Origin: an uncultured Chitinophagaceae bacterium
GTDB lineage: Bacteria > Bacteroidota > Bacteroidia > NS11-12g > UBA9320
Length of the DNA stretch: 64,000 nt
NCBI GenBank assembly: GCA_964613385.1
Contig: CAZTGZ010000001.1
Span: 105,836-169,835, forward strand
Direction of reading: 5' to 3'
The position numbers and the translations under genes are program-made. The notes under the pieces were generated by a model that made no database searches, was not told the DNA's origin, and saw nothing but the letters and a program-made list of their open reading frames with translations. Of this stretch, positions 8,611 through 18,807 are shown piece after piece. The stretch's first letter is position 1. Every line of letters starts with the position of its first letter.

Positions 8611-10608
8611 TTAACGGACAATGCTTCCGTTATCTGCTTCAGTTTCGGGAACCACAAAAATCAGCTTGCCTTCGGAATTCTCAGCCAGTAACAACATTCC
8701 CTGTGACATAATGCCCCGTATTTTTCTGGGTGCCAGATTCACCAATACACAAACTTTTTTGCCCGGCAACGATTCCGGTTCGAAGTGTGCAGCAATACCA
8801 CTGACAATGGTTCTGACATCGATACCCGTATCTACTTTGAGTTGTAACAATTTATCGGCATCCGGAACTTTAATGGCTTCCAGAATAGTACCGGTACGAA
8901 TATCCATTTTGCTGAAATCATCATAGCTGATCTCAGGAGAAGCGGGTTTAACATGAGAAGATGGAGTTTCAGGCATGAGTTTTTCCATTTGTTTGGCGAT
9001 GTCGGCATCCTCAATTTTTCGGAATAAAATTTCTGCCTCAGCAATTTGAACACCGGATTGAACGGCCCCACGGCTGTCTAAATTCAGCATTTCTCTGATT
9101 CTGTTAGACGTAAATGGCAGAAAAGGTTCACAGGATTCAGCGAATGCGGCCAGAATCTGCAGACTGATATGTAAGATTTGATTTACAGATTCCGGATCGG
9201 TTTTTATCAAATGCCAGGGCTCGGTATCAGCAAGTAACTTGTTGCCCATGCGGGCGATATTCATGACTTCCGACAATGCGTCTCTAAACCGGAAATTTTC
9301 TATATTTTGAGCTATTTCCCTTTGTTTCGATTCCAGTTCTTCCCATTGAATTCGTGTGTCGTTGCGCCATGCTTCGTATGCAGGAATCACGCCGTTGCAA
9401 TACTTATGTGTCAATACCATCACCCGGTTCATCAGGTTTCCGACTATGGCCGCCAGTTCATTGTTCACCCTGGCTTGAAAATCTTTCCAGGTAAAATCGG
9501 CGTCCTTGGTTTCCGGTGCAATGGAAGTGAGCACATATCTCAGTTCATCCCTTCTGCCAGGGAAATCCTGCAGATATTCGTGCAACCAGATGGCATGGTT
9601 ACGACTGGTGGAGAGTTTTTGCCCTTCGAGATTGAGAAATTCATTGGCCGGAACCTGCCAGGGTACAATGTAATCACCATGGGCATGCAGCATAGCCGGG
9701 AAAATCAGACAATGAAATACGATGTTGTCTTTACCAATAAAATGAACAAGTCGGGTGTCTTTGTCTTTCCACCACAGTTCATAGTCATCTCCTTTCAATT
9801 CGCGGGTTGCGCTGATATATCCGATGGGTGCATCGAACCAAACATATAACACTTTTCCTTCAGCTCCTTCCACAGGAACCGGCACACCCCAGTCCAGATC
9901 ACGGGTCATCGCCCTGGGCTTCAACCCATCGGCCAGCCAGCTCTGGCATTGTCCAATCACGTTGCCCTTCCAGTTTTCCCTGCTTTCGATATAATCATTG
10001 AGAAATTGCTCCTGTAATTGATCTAATGGCAGGTACCAATTCAGGGTTTTCTTTTTGATGGGAGTATGTCCGCTCAATGCGCTTTTAGGTCCAATCAGAT
10101 CTTCCGGATTCAATGTCCTGCCACAACTTTCGCATTGGTCACCATAGGCCTTATCGAAGTTACAATGCGGACAGGTACCTGTAATGTATCGGTCGGCTAA
10201 AAACTGACCGGCGCTTTCATCGTAATATTGCTCACTTTCTATTTCTGAAAAGATGCCCTTGTCGTAAAGATTCCTGAAAAATTCGGAAGCAGTATGATGA
10301 TGAATGGGGCGGGAAGTCCTGGAAAACACATCAAATGAAACCCCCAGTTCCCGGAAGGCTTCACCCATTTGCTCATGGTAGAAATCTACCACTTGCTGGG
10401 GACTCAGACCTTCTTTGGCAGCTTTTATCGTAATGGGTACTCCGTGTTCGTCGGTACCGCAAATAAATATGACATCTTTACCGGATTTGCGCAAATGACG
10501 AACATAGATATCGGCAGGTAAATAACATCCTGCAATATGTCCGATATGCAAAGGTCCATTGGCATAGGGCAGTGCGGCGGTAACGGTATATCTTTTGGCT
10601 TCAGACAT
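8611..10608 (-). CDS. metG: methionine--tRNA ligase
   Basis: 665 aa protein with the HIGH motif (LHIGHIAGC), the KMSKS-equivalent KLSTSRN, zinc-knuckle cysteines (CPHC...CESC) and a C-terminal EMAP/tRNA-binding domain ([25 protein letters not shown]). Confidence 0.95.
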   Translation of the reverse strand: MSEAKRYTVTAALPYANGPLHIGHIAGCYLPADIYVRHLRKSGKDVIFICGTDEHGVPITIKAAKEGLSPQQVVDFYHEQMGEAFRELGVSFDVFSRTSRPIHHHTASEFFRNLYDKGIFSEIESEQYYDESAGQFLADRYITGTCPHCNFDKAYGDQCESCGRTLNPEDLIGPKSALSGHTPIKKKTLNWYLPLDQLQEQFLNDYIESRENWKGNVIGQCQSWLADGLKPRAMTRDLDWGVPVPVEGAEGKVLYVWFDAPIGYISATRELKGDDYELWWKDKDTRLVHFIGKDNIVFHCLIFPAMLHAHGDYIVPWQVPANEFLNLEGQKLSTSRNHAIWLHEYLQDFPGRRDELRYVLTSIAPETKDADFTWKDFQARVNNELAAIVGNLMNRVMVLTHKYCNGVIPAYEAWRNDTRIQWEELESKQREIAQNIENFRFRDALSEVMNIARMGNKLLADTEPWHLIKTDPESVNQILHISLQILAAFAESCEPFLPFTSNRIREMLNLDSRGAVQSGVQIAEAEILFRKIEDADIAKQMEKLMPETPSSHVKPASPEISYDDFSKMDIRTGTILEAIKVPDADKLLQLKVDTGIDVRTIVSGIAAHFEPESLPGKKVCVLVNLAPRKIRGIMSQGMLLLAENSEGKLIFVVPETEADNGSIVR

Positions 10609-10632
10609 GGTGCAAAGATAAAGGGTAATGCT

Positions 10633-11535
10633 TCAATTCAGGAGGGATGATTGTTGACGACGATCCTGCCACTTGACCAAAAATGGATGAGCCAGAACAG
10701 CAAGCAATAAAATCGCTGTTCCCGCATAAAAGGATGGATTCAGTTGATTCCCCTCATGAAGTATCCAGATGGCCAGTAGAATTCCATAAACAGGTTCCAG
10801 AGAAATGGCAAGATTCGAAACAAATGCACTTAATACTTTTAAGGCTTCCAAACTTAAGGCAAATGCCAGACTGGTGCACAACAATGATAAAAGTATCAGA
10901 TAAACCCAATCAGAAGATTTAGGATGCAAGTCTGCGGGGTTCAGGTATCCGGAAAGAAACCAGATAACGGTAAGTGCAATCCATCCCGCGCCTAATTCGA
11001 CCATGGTTACAGAAATACTGTGATGTGAACCGATGTATTTTTTGTTCAAAGTAGAAAATAAAGCAGCCACAAACGCTGAAAACAGGCCGGTTATAATGGC
11101 TGTATAATACGCTGCTCCGACTCGGGTTACGAGCCAAATTCCGACAATGACCAAAAGCCCCAGGAATATTTCAATTTTATTGAAGGCGGTACGCATGATG
11201 GCCGGTTCCAGAAAAGAAGTAAACAGGGTTGTTGTGCTTAAACAGGCAAGCGTAACCGATGCACTATTTCCAAGCTTTATAGAACCATAAAAGGTCACCC
11301 AATGGACGATGACCAATACCCCTATGCCTGAAAATCTCCATATTTCTGAAGATTTCATGGCTTTGATACCGCGGATGGCACCGGGAATAAAAAGAAGGCC
11401 CAACACGCTGATCCACAGCCGATGCCATACCAATGAAGCCCCGTTTAAAGAGATGAGTTTGCCCAATATGGCGGTGAAGCCGAATAGCAAAACCGCAGTA
11501 TGCAGTTGTATGTAGGCTCTGCGCTTTCCTGACAT
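10633..11535 (-). CDS. DMT superfamily (EamA-like) transporter
   Basis: About 10 TM helices with duplicated EamA-like halves. I chose the start at MSGKRRAYIQLHTAVLL (complement of 11533-11535) rather than the track's upstream start at 11580, which would overlap the divergent pirin gene. Confidence 0.7.
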   Translation of the reverse strand: MSGKRRAYIQLHTAVLLFGFTAILGKLISLNGASLVWHRLWISVLGLLFIPGAIRGIKAMKSSEIWRFSGIGVLVIVHWVTFYGSIKLGNSASVTLACLSTTTLFTSFLEPAIMRTAFNKIEIFLGLLVIVGIWLVTRVGAAYYTAIITGLFSAFVAALFSTLNKKYIGSHHSISVTMVELGAGWIALTVIWFLSGYLNPADLHPKSSDWVYLILLSLLCTSLAFALSLEALKVLSAFVSNLAISLEPVYGILLAIWILHEGNQLNPSFYAGTAILLLAVLAHPFLVKWQDRRQQSSLLN

Positions 11536-11619
11536 GTGGCAAAAATAGTTCAGAAGCATCCCGAAAGAACAAATATTCAATTGGAGTGTTATTTTCGTGT
11601 AGCAACAATCTTTAAGCTT

Positions 11620-12747
11620 ATGGAAGATAAATTACACCGAAGGGGATTTCTGGAGAGACTGACCCTCGGATTTACTTCGTTGCTCACACTTCCTGTGCAA
11701 AGTATGGCCAACAAACTTGAAAAGGAGAAAAATATGCAAGTGATTAAATCAATCAGACCCTTGGGATTTCAATGGGAAACTGAAGATCCGTTTTTGTTTT
11801 GTGTTCACCATGAAGACGACTTTCCGCAAGGCAACGATGCTATGGGACCGGCGGTTTCCTTGGCGGGGCGCCATATGGGTGATGACTTCATCATTAAAGA
11901 TGGTTTTCGGATGTATCACGGGAAAGTCGTTCCCGGATTTCCCGGGCATCCCCATCGAGGGTTTGAGACCATAACGGTGGTGAGAAAAGGCCTGGTAGAT
12001 CACGCTGATTCACTGGGTGCAGCCGGAAGATATGGCTTTGGAGACGTTCAGTGGATGACTGCCGGTAAAGGGGTTCAGCATTCGGAGATGTTTCCACTGA
12101 TTAACAAAGACAAAGGCAATCCACTGGAATTGTTCCAGATATGGCTGAATTTACCTGCCAAGGACAAAATGGTGGAGCCGCATTTCAAAATGTTGTGGTC
12201 AGACCAGATTCCGAATATGGTGATAAAAGATTCGAATGGTCGGTCGACTACCGTAGAAGTTATTGCGGGCTCCATTGGCGAATACAAGGCGGCAAGCCCT
12301 CCACCTAATTCCTGGGCTGCGAACCCTGCCAACGAAGTGGCTGTCTGGAATATTAAAATGGAAGCCAATGCTGAATTCCAGTTGCCACCGGCTTCATCAG
12401 GAATTAACCGGAATGTGTACTTTTATAAGGGAAAATCGCTCAAAATCGACGACACCTCCATCCCGTTTTATCATGCAGTATCATTGTTCGGAGATGCCAA
12501 AGTGACCATCAAGAATGGTGAGGAAGAATGTGGTATTTTGGTACTTCAGGGCAAACCCATAGGCGAGCATGTAATACAGTATGGCCCGTTTGTGATGAAT
12601 ACCAAAGAAGAAATCAATCAGGCGTTTTCGGATTATCATGCCACCAAATTCGGAGGCTGGCCATGGCCGAGATATGATCAGGTGCATGATCGCAATAGAG
12701 GACGCTTTGCCCGCCATGCAGACGGCAGTGAGGAAATAAAAGGCTAA
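11620..12747 (+). CDS. pirin family (cupin) protein with twin-arginine (Tat) signal peptide
   Basis: Pirin N-terminal cupin metal-binding motif HPHRGFETITVV. Start chosen at MEDKLHRRGFLERLTLGFTSLLTLPVQSMA, which has a Tat-type RRxFL motif. Confidence 0.8.
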   Translation: MEDKLHRRGFLERLTLGFTSLLTLPVQSMANKLEKEKNMQVIKSIRPLGFQWETEDPFLFCVHHEDDFPQGNDAMGPAVSLAGRHMGDDFIIKDGFRMYHGKVVPGFPGHPHRGFETITVVRKGLVDHADSLGAAGRYGFGDVQWMTAGKGVQHSEMFPLINKDKGNPLELFQIWLNLPAKDKMVEPHFKMLWSDQIPNMVIKDSNGRSTTVEVIAGSIGEYKAASPPPNSWAANPANEVAVWNIKMEANAEFQLPPASSGINRNVYFYKGKSLKIDDTSIPFYHAVSLFGDAKVTIKNGEEECGILVLQGKPIGEHVIQYGPFVMNTKEEINQAFSDYHATKFGGWPWPRYDQVHDRNRGRFARHADGSEEIKG

Positions 12748-12779
12748 TATTTCTTATATTTGAGGTTCAACTGTGATGT

Positions 12780-14447
12780 ATGGGAAAGAACCTCAGTTCA
12801 CTTTCGGGTAGAAAAGGCCTGGATAACAATTTATTTGATGCTTTAGGCAGAGTGGCCGCCAAAACCGGTACTCCTTCCCGCGAAGAGCTTGAAAAGCTGC
12901 AGCAGGAGTTTCTTTTTGGCAAAGCAAATTTGCAGGGCACCATTACTTTTTATGATTTCTTAAAGCCTGAAAATCAAGGTAAAAAGGTCTATGTGTGCAA
13001 CGGAAGTGCCTGTCTAACTGCAGGAACTCAAACCAAACTCCGGGAGACTCTGGAAACCAAATTCAGTCCTGATCAGATAGGGGAAATGTGTTGTTTAGGC
13101 AGATGCCATGAGAACAGTGCATTTTATCTGGATGGACATAATTATTCGGGAAACAGCATTTCCAATCTGGATGACATCCTTCAAAAAAAGGAGATTCCCA
13201 TGGACCGCTATCAGAGCAGGGCTTTGGGAGAAGCCATATTAACGGCGACCTACCCGGATGTGCGGGAATATTATTCCATTTTGAAGGAAGCCCTACAAAA
13301 AACACCTGAATCATTGCTGGAAGAATTGAAAATAAGCGGGTTAAGAGGTCGGGGTGGGGCCGGCTTCTCCATGGCGTTTAAGCTCTCCAGCTGCAGAACT
13401 TCTGAAGGTGAAGTAAAATACATCGTATGCAATGCCGATGAAGGAGACCCCGGCGCGTACAGCGATAGATATATCATGGAGCAACGCCCGCATCATCTGC
13501 TTTTGGGTATGATGCTGGCGGGATATATGGCAGGAGCCGCTTATGGTGTGCTTTATATCCGGGCCGAATATCCGGAATCCATTGCCATTATTCGGGAAGC
13601 CCTCGATCATCTCGAAACAGAAGGAATAACCGGGGATAGGATATTTGGAAGTGATTTTTCATTCCGTTTCAAGCTGATCAGCGCCCAGGGAGCCTATATC
13701 TGCGGGGAAGAAACCGCTCTGCTGTCTTCCATTGAAGGACAAAGACCGGAAGTTAGGGTGAGGCCGCCTTACCCAACGCAACAAGGTCTCTTCAACATGC
13801 CTACGGCCGTAAATAATGTCGAAACTCTGGCCAGTGTACCCTATATTTTGAATAACGGGGGTCAGAAATATGCAGCGATAGGTACAAGCAAATCAACCGG
13901 AACTAAACTGGTGAGTCTGGATGGGTTTTTCAATCGTCCCGGAGTATATGAAGCGGAAATGGGGACACCCATGCGCAACATTATAGATGAATTGGGTGGT
14001 GGATTTAAGCAACCTGTTAAAGCCCTGCATATCGGAGGGCCATTGGGGGGCATTGTTCCCATTACAAAAATTGATTCACTGAATCTCGATTTTGAGTCCT
14101 TTTCATCCCAGGGATTTCTGTTGGGGCATGCCTCAGTTGTGAGCATTCCTGAGTCATATCCGATGATGGATTATCTCACGCATTTAATGCACTTTGCGGC
14201 CCACGAAAGTTGTGGAAAATGTTTCCCCTGTCGTTTGGGAACCCAACGCGGATTTGAAATGCTGGATAAAGCGCGAAAAGGAGAATATCAGATTGAACGT
14301 CAGTTGTTTGATGATCTTTTGACCACCTTACAACAGGGCTCGCTATGTGCGCACGGTGGAGGAATTCCACTTCCTGTCCGGAATGCCCTGCAATACTTTT
14401 ACAATGAACTGGAAATGTATTTTGAACCTTTGCCAACCTTTAAATAA
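12780..14447 (+). CDS. NAD(H)-binding formate dehydrogenase beta-like subunit (fused NuoE-like 2Fe-2S + NuoF-like FMN/4Fe-4S domains)
   Basis: N-terminal thioredoxin-like 2Fe-2S domain (YVCNGSACLTAG...CCLGRCH). NuoF 51-kDa motifs follow: GLRGRGGAGFSMAFK (FMN/NADH site) and ESCGKCFPCRLGT (4Fe-4S). The ORF lies immediately upstream of the molybdopterin subunit. Confidence 0.85.
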   Translation: MGKNLSSLSGRKGLDNNLFDALGRVAAKTGTPSREELEKLQQEFLFGKANLQGTITFYDFLKPENQGKKVYVCNGSACLTAGTQTKLRETLETKFSPDQIGEMCCLGRCHENSAFYLDGHNYSGNSISNLDDILQKKEIPMDRYQSRALGEAILTATYPDVREYYSILKEALQKTPESLLEELKISGLRGRGGAGFSMAFKLSSCRTSEGEVKYIVCNADEGDPGAYSDRYIMEQRPHHLLLGMMLAGYMAGAAYGVLYIRAEYPESIAIIREALDHLETEGITGDRIFGSDFSFRFKLISAQGAYICGEETALLSSIEGQRPEVRVRPPYPTQQGLFNMPTAVNNVETLASVPYILNNGGQKYAAIGTSKSTGTKLVSLDGFFNRPGVYEAEMGTPMRNIIDELGGGFKQPVKALHIGGPLGGIVPITKIDSLNLDFESFSSQGFLLGHASVVSIPESYPMMDYLTHLMHFAAHESCGKCFPCRLGTQRGFEMLDKARKGEYQIERQLFDDLLTTLQQGSLCAHGGGIPLPVRNALQYFYNELEMYFEPLPTFK

Positions 14448-14453
14448 AAATGT

Positions 14454-17180
14454 ATGACACGTCAGATTGCTTACATTGATAATCAACCTCATGAAATTGT
14501 CCCCGGAGAAACCATGTTGTCCTTTATTCGTCGCGTGGCGGGGAAGGATTTGGTTCCCACGCTCTGCGATGCACCCAACCTGACCCCATTCGGGAGTTGT
14601 CGGGTTTGCAGCGTGGATGTTGCTCTTGAAAAAGGCGGAAGGGCGCGTTCCATGGCCTCCTGTCATTCTCCGGTCTCTGAAGGAATGTATCTCTACCCTT
14701 CTTCGGAATCCATACAAAAGCTGAGAAAGAACATCATTGAGTTGGTGTTAACCGACCACCCGCTGGATTGTCTGACTTGCGAAGTAAACAACAACTGCGA
14801 GTTGCAAACGGTAGCGGCCAAGGTTGGTATTCGCGATGTGCGTTACCCGGAAGGCAAGAATCACCTGGATCGCAAGAAGGATTTGAGCCACCCGTACATG
14901 ACATCGGATTTGTCTAAATGCATCAATTGCTATCGCTGTGTGCGGGCTTGCGAAGAGGTACAGGGAGAATTTGTGCTCAGTATGTCGGGAAGAGGGTTCG
15001 ACAGTAAAATCATCAAGGGATTTGATCAGAGTTTTTTTGAATCGGATTGTGTGAGTTGTGGCGCTTGTGCCCAGGCTTGTCCGACTTCTGCCATTTCCGA
15101 TGTTTTTGAGTCAAAATCCATTGTTGCCGATGAAAAAGTGCGCACCATCTGCACCTATTGCGGGGTGGGTTGTAATTTGGAGGTGGCTGTGGTTGATGGC
15201 AAAGTTAAATCCATACAGGCGCCTTATGATGCGGCGGTAAACCAGGGACATACCTGTTTAAAGGGCAGATTCGCCTTTTCCTTTTACAATCACAAGGACC
15301 GGATAACGACTCCATTGATTCGCCGAAACGGGGAACTGGAAGAAGCCACCTGGGATGAAGCATACGACTTTATAGCAGAAAAGCTGTTCGAAATCAAAGG
15401 GAAATACGGACCCGATTCGATTGCAGGGATATCCTCGGCGCGATGCACAAACGAGGAAAACTACCTGATGCAGAAGTTTATCCGAGCCGTAATCGGAACG
15501 AACAATATCGACTGTTGTGCGCGGGTTTGTCATTCGCCTACCGCTTTGGGAATGCAGAGAGCCTTTGGAACCGGAGCGGCCACCAATTCGGTTGTAGACT
15601 TAAAGTATACAGATTGCATCCTGGTCATCGGAGCCAATCCGACTGACGCACATCCGGTAACCGGAGCTAAATTGAAGCAACATGCCATCAAGGGAAAAAT
15701 GACCATCGTTATTGACCCAAGGAGAACGGAAATGGCGAGGTATGCGACCTACCACCTGGCCTTAAAGCCGGGAACCAACGTGGCCATGCTCAATATGATG
15801 TTGTATTATATCATTTCGGAAGGGGTAGAGGATGCGGCGTTTATTGAGCAGCGTACAGAAGGTTACGAAGACTTCAAGGCGCAGATTATGAGTCTGGACC
15901 CTGCTGAATTGGAGGCCATTACGGGCGTGGACAGAAACCTGGTGAGAGAAGCGGCAATGGCGTATGCCAATGCTAAGTCAGCCATGTCTTTCCATGGATT
16001 GGGCGTTACGGAGCATTCGCAAGGTACCTTTACCGTTATGCTGATTTCTGACCTGGCGATGATTACCGGGAACATTGGCCGCCGCGGAGTTGGGGTGAAT
16101 CCCTTGCGCGGACAAAACAATGTTCAGGGTGCAGCGGACATGGGTTGTCAGCCACATCAGGGAGCGGGATATATGGATGCATATGACCCGGCCATGAATG
16201 AAAAGTACAGTGCTTTTTACAAGACACCTATTCCGATAGGAAAAGGAATGAAAATTCCGGAGATGTTCGATGCTTCCATTCAAGGTAAGCTCAAAGCACT
16301 TTGGTTGATGGGTGAAGATGTGGTTCAAACCGACCCGAATACCCAAAAGGTGATTGCTGCAATGGAGAATCTGGAGTTGCTGGTAGTACAGGAGTTATTC
16401 TTAACCGAGACAGCCAAGTATGCAACGGTAATATTGCCGGGAGCTTCCTTCCTTGAGAAGAGCGGCACTTATACCAATGCAGAGCGCAGAATACAAAAGG
16501 TACAAAAAGCTGTAGATCCGCTGCCCGGAACCAAGCCGGATGGAAGGATCATTACTGACATCATGCAGCGCATGGGCTTTGATCAGGCAGATTACGATCC
16601 GGCTGAAGTATTGTCTGAAGTAAGTCGCATCGTTCCATTCTTTGCCGGAGTAACCTGGGAGAATCTGGGCATCAATGGCAAGCAATGGCCGGTTAAACCC
16701 GACGGAAGCGACACAGAGATATTGCATATTGACCAGTTTCAGCGCGGACTGGGCAAATTCCACTATTTCGACTGGAGGCAGTCAGAGGAGATCAAGGAAC
16801 ACGGCAAGGAGTATCCCTATATCATTACCACGAACCGCGAGTTGGAGCATTACAATGCCGGAACGATGACACGTCGTACCCGAAATGTGCAGATACTCAC
16901 GGAGGATGTGTTGTTGATACATCCGGAAGATGCGGCCCGACATTTTATCGAGGAGGGAGATATGGTTTGCGTGGAGTCGCCGAGGGGAAAAGTTGACATC
17001 AAGGCGCGGGTCACCGATCAGGTTCGACCGGGTGTGTTGAGCAGTACTTTCCACTTTCCGGAGGTAATGCTGAATGTGATTACCTCGGATGTGCACGACA
17101 GCGAAGCCATGTGCCCTGAATATAAGGTAGTGGCTTGTAATATCCGCAAAAGCAAAGGGAAGTATAAGGTGGGTGTGTGA
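14454..17180 (+). CDS. formate dehydrogenase alpha subunit (molybdopterin oxidoreductase, FdhF/FdsA-like), Cys-type rather than Sec-type
   Basis: 908 aa protein. NuoG-like N-terminus with a 2Fe-2S site (GSCRVCSVDV) and two 4Fe-4S ferredoxin motifs (CINCYRCVRACEE, CVSCGACAQACP), then a MopB 4Fe-4S motif (CTYCGVGCNLEV). The catalytic region reads RVCHSPT where Sec-type enzymes have U. The reading frame is uninterrupted. Confidence 0.85.
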   Translation: MTRQIAYIDNQPHEIVPGETMLSFIRRVAGKDLVPTLCDAPNLTPFGSCRVCSVDVALEKGGRARSMASCHSPVSEGMYLYPSSESIQKLRKNIIELVLTDHPLDCLTCEVNNNCELQTVAAKVGIRDVRYPEGKNHLDRKKDLSHPYMTSDLSKCINCYRCVRACEEVQGEFVLSMSGRGFDSKIIKGFDQSFFESDCVSCGACAQACPTSAISDVFESKSIVADEKVRTICTYCGVGCNLEVAVVDGKVKSIQAPYDAAVNQGHTCLKGRFAFSFYNHKDRITTPLIRRNGELEEATWDEAYDFIAEKLFEIKGKYGPDSIAGISSARCTNEENYLMQKFIRAVIGTNNIDCCARVCHSPTALGMQRAFGTGAATNSVVDLKYTDCILVIGANPTDAHPVTGAKLKQHAIKGKMTIVIDPRRTEMARYATYHLALKPGTNVAMLNMMLYYIISEGVEDAAFIEQRTEGYEDFKAQIMSLDPAELEAITGVDRNLVREAAMAYANAKSAMSFHGLGVTEHSQGTFTVMLISDLAMITGNIGRRGVGVNPLRGQNNVQGAADMGCQPHQGAGYMDAYDPAMNEKYSAFYKTPIPIGKGMKIPEMFDASIQGKLKALWLMGEDVVQTDPNTQKVIAAMENLELLVVQELFLTETAKYATVILPGASFLEKSGTYTNAERRIQKVQKAVDPLPGTKPDGRIITDIMQRMGFDQADYDPAEVLSEVSRIVPFFAGVTWENLGINGKQWPVKPDGSDTEILHIDQFQRGLGKFHYFDWRQSEEIKEHGKEYPYIITTNRELEHYNAGTMTRRTRNVQILTEDVLLIHPEDAARHFIEEGDMVCVESPRGKVDIKARVTDQVRPGVLSSTFHFPEVMLNVITSDVHDSEAMCPEYKVVACNIRKSKGKYKVGV

Positions 17181-17187
17181 GGTATTA

Positions 17188-17850
17188 TCAAGAATTTAAA
17201 AACACCGGTTTCAGATAATCCGGCTCGAAATAGGCGATGCTTTCTAGAGCTTTTTGCTCCCATTTTTGAGCGGCATCCAATCCCATAAATCTCGCATCCG
17301 CGCTTATTTCCGGCCTATAATCTGCATTTGGAAAAACCGCTTGCTCTTGCCATTTTCCTGCGCCGTCACCCAGAAAAACAATCCTGTTATTGCGAAATTC
17401 TTCAAATGATGCGCCATCCAAAATCAAAGGTCCGGGGGAAGATGTCACCGTCATATCCGGCTGATAAACACCGCAATACACTTCATTCCGGCGAGCATCT
17501 ATCATGGGAATCAGAAAATCATACGTTTCCGGATTTCCAATGGCTCTGACCATAATTTCAAGTGAGGAAATGGCAATCAGAGGAATTTGTAAACCATGAC
17601 ATAATCCCTTGGCAGCACCGGCACCAATGCGCAATCCCGTATAAGAACCTGGTCCTGCACTCAGGGCTATAGCGACCAAATCTTCTTTGACAAGTCCTGC
17701 TTTCTCCAATGCATCCTGTATTGCCGATAATATTACCCGGGCATGATCATTCGGTCCGGGATGTGACACATACGACAACATTTCCAAACCGTTAAATACT
17801 GCAACAGAGCAGTGTTTTCCGCTGGTTTCAAGGCATAGTATCGGATTCAT
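17188..17850 (-). CDS. tsaB: tRNA threonylcarbamoyladenosine biosynthesis protein TsaB (YeaZ-like)
   Basis: 220 aa ORF with N-terminus MNPILCLETSGKHCSVAVF (the TsaB/Kae1-fold 'ILALDTSTE.CSVAL' pattern) and an internal GPGSYTGLRIG motif. Confidence 0.8.
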   Translation of the reverse strand: MNPILCLETSGKHCSVAVFNGLEMLSYVSHPGPNDHARVILSAIQDALEKAGLVKEDLVAIALSAGPGSYTGLRIGAGAAKGLCHGLQIPLIAISSLEIMVRAIGNPETYDFLIPMIDARRNEVYCGVYQPDMTVTSSPGPLILDGASFEEFRNNRIVFLGDGAGKWQEQAVFPNADYRPEISADARFMGLDAAQKWEQKALESIAYFEPDYLKPVFLNS

Positions 17851-17852
17851 TT

Positions 17853-18314
17853 CTAATATCTGATACCCAGTTTTCTGAAAATAAAATGAAGCAGCCAGGC
17901 CGGACCAATAAGCAGGAATTGAAGATCCTGAAAAAAGGAGGGCTTTTTACCTTCGATATGATGACCCCAGAATTGACCTATCCAGGCGGCTGTAAATATG
18001 GATAAACACAAGGCCCACAACATAACTCCAGCATCTAATAGCCTCATGCTAAGTACTATACAAAATGACATAATCGCCGCAAAGGCTAAAAACATCATTT
18101 TAGACAATGAAAAGTAAAACCAAAGCGCGGGAATGGCGATTACACTGGCCCAATTGAACCAGATACTCTTTTCAGCGAATGGGAAAGGCAGGCTGCACAG
18201 TAAACCAATGATGCTGTAAAAAATGGCCGGAACACAAATCCAATGGACCAATTTATTGGTTGGGTTTTGATGACTTTCCCCATAGGCTTCCAGCCAATTT
18301 TCTAAGGTTCTCAT
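17853..18314 (-). CDS. DUF962 (Mpo1-like) membrane protein
   Basis: 153 aa ORF. N-terminus MRTLENWLEAYGESHQNPTNKLVHWICVPAIF resembles the DUF962/Mpo1 family (predicted Fe-dependent dioxygenase-like membrane proteins). Four TM segments. Confidence 0.55.
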   Translation of the reverse strand: MRTLENWLEAYGESHQNPTNKLVHWICVPAIFYSIIGLLCSLPFPFAEKSIWFNWASVIAIPALWFYFSLSKMMFLAFAAIMSFCIVLSMRLLDAGVMLWALCLSIFTAAWIGQFWGHHIEGKKPSFFQDLQFLLIGPAWLLHFIFRKLGIRY

Positions 18315-18315
18315 A

Positions 18316-18807
18316 CTATGTTGTTTGTAAAGGGAGCCATCGGGCTGCCCAACTGTATTTTAATGGTTTGATCCAGCTATTGCGCCATTCTCCTAAATTT
18401 TGAATGGTATGGTCAAGCATCAAACTTTCTTCGCTCACTTCTCCTCTTCCCCAGGCATCCAGCATTTGGGCCCGGTTCATCAGGGTTACCTTTCCATCGG
18501 TAATTAAAGCCACCTCCAATCGCACAAACAAGGAAATTTGAAAAGCTGATTCAAGGGATTGTATGATGTGAACAGAACTGTCGATGGAACAGCCACTGGC
18601 ACCTGCCTGGGTTTCATCCACTGCCAGAATAATCACCTGATGGTATGCTATTTCAAATCCGGCTTTCAGGGGTATTTCGTGAGCCTTCCAATTGGCCGTA
18701 AATTCCTGTAACATGGATTCTGCCGCTTTTTCTTCATTCGGATTCAACGCCCGATTGCTTTGGTAAATCCAGATGCGGCTGTGGTCTGATAAATTGATCA
18801 GGCTCAT
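18316..18807 (-). CDS. hypothetical protein (operon member)
   Basis: 163 aa ORF with no recognisable motif. Its start overlaps the stop of the upstream CCG-domain gene by 4 nt (18804-18807), which suggests translational coupling. Confidence 0.5.
   Translation of the reverse strand: MSLINLSDHSRIWIYQSNRALNPNEEKAAESMLQEFTANWKAHEIPLKAGFEIAYHQVIILAVDETQAGASGCSIDSSVHIIQSLESAFQISLFVRLEVALITDGKVTLMNRAQMLDAWGRGEVSEESLMLDHTIQNLGEWRNSWIKPLKYSWAARWLPLQTT

Noticed and set aside
9307-9849. 180-aa ORF antisense within metG, and similar antisense ORFs inside acs (26004-26414, 26490-26774, 26977-27315), inside the formate dehydrogenase genes, and 8621-8926
   Set aside because: They lie entirely inside strongly supported genes on the opposite strand with no independent motifs. 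These are typical spurious antisense ORFs.
14454-17180. Selenocysteine-containing formate dehydrogenase
   Set aside because: No in-frame TGA. The catalytic position reads Cys (RVCHSPT) in an uninterrupted 908-aa ORF.
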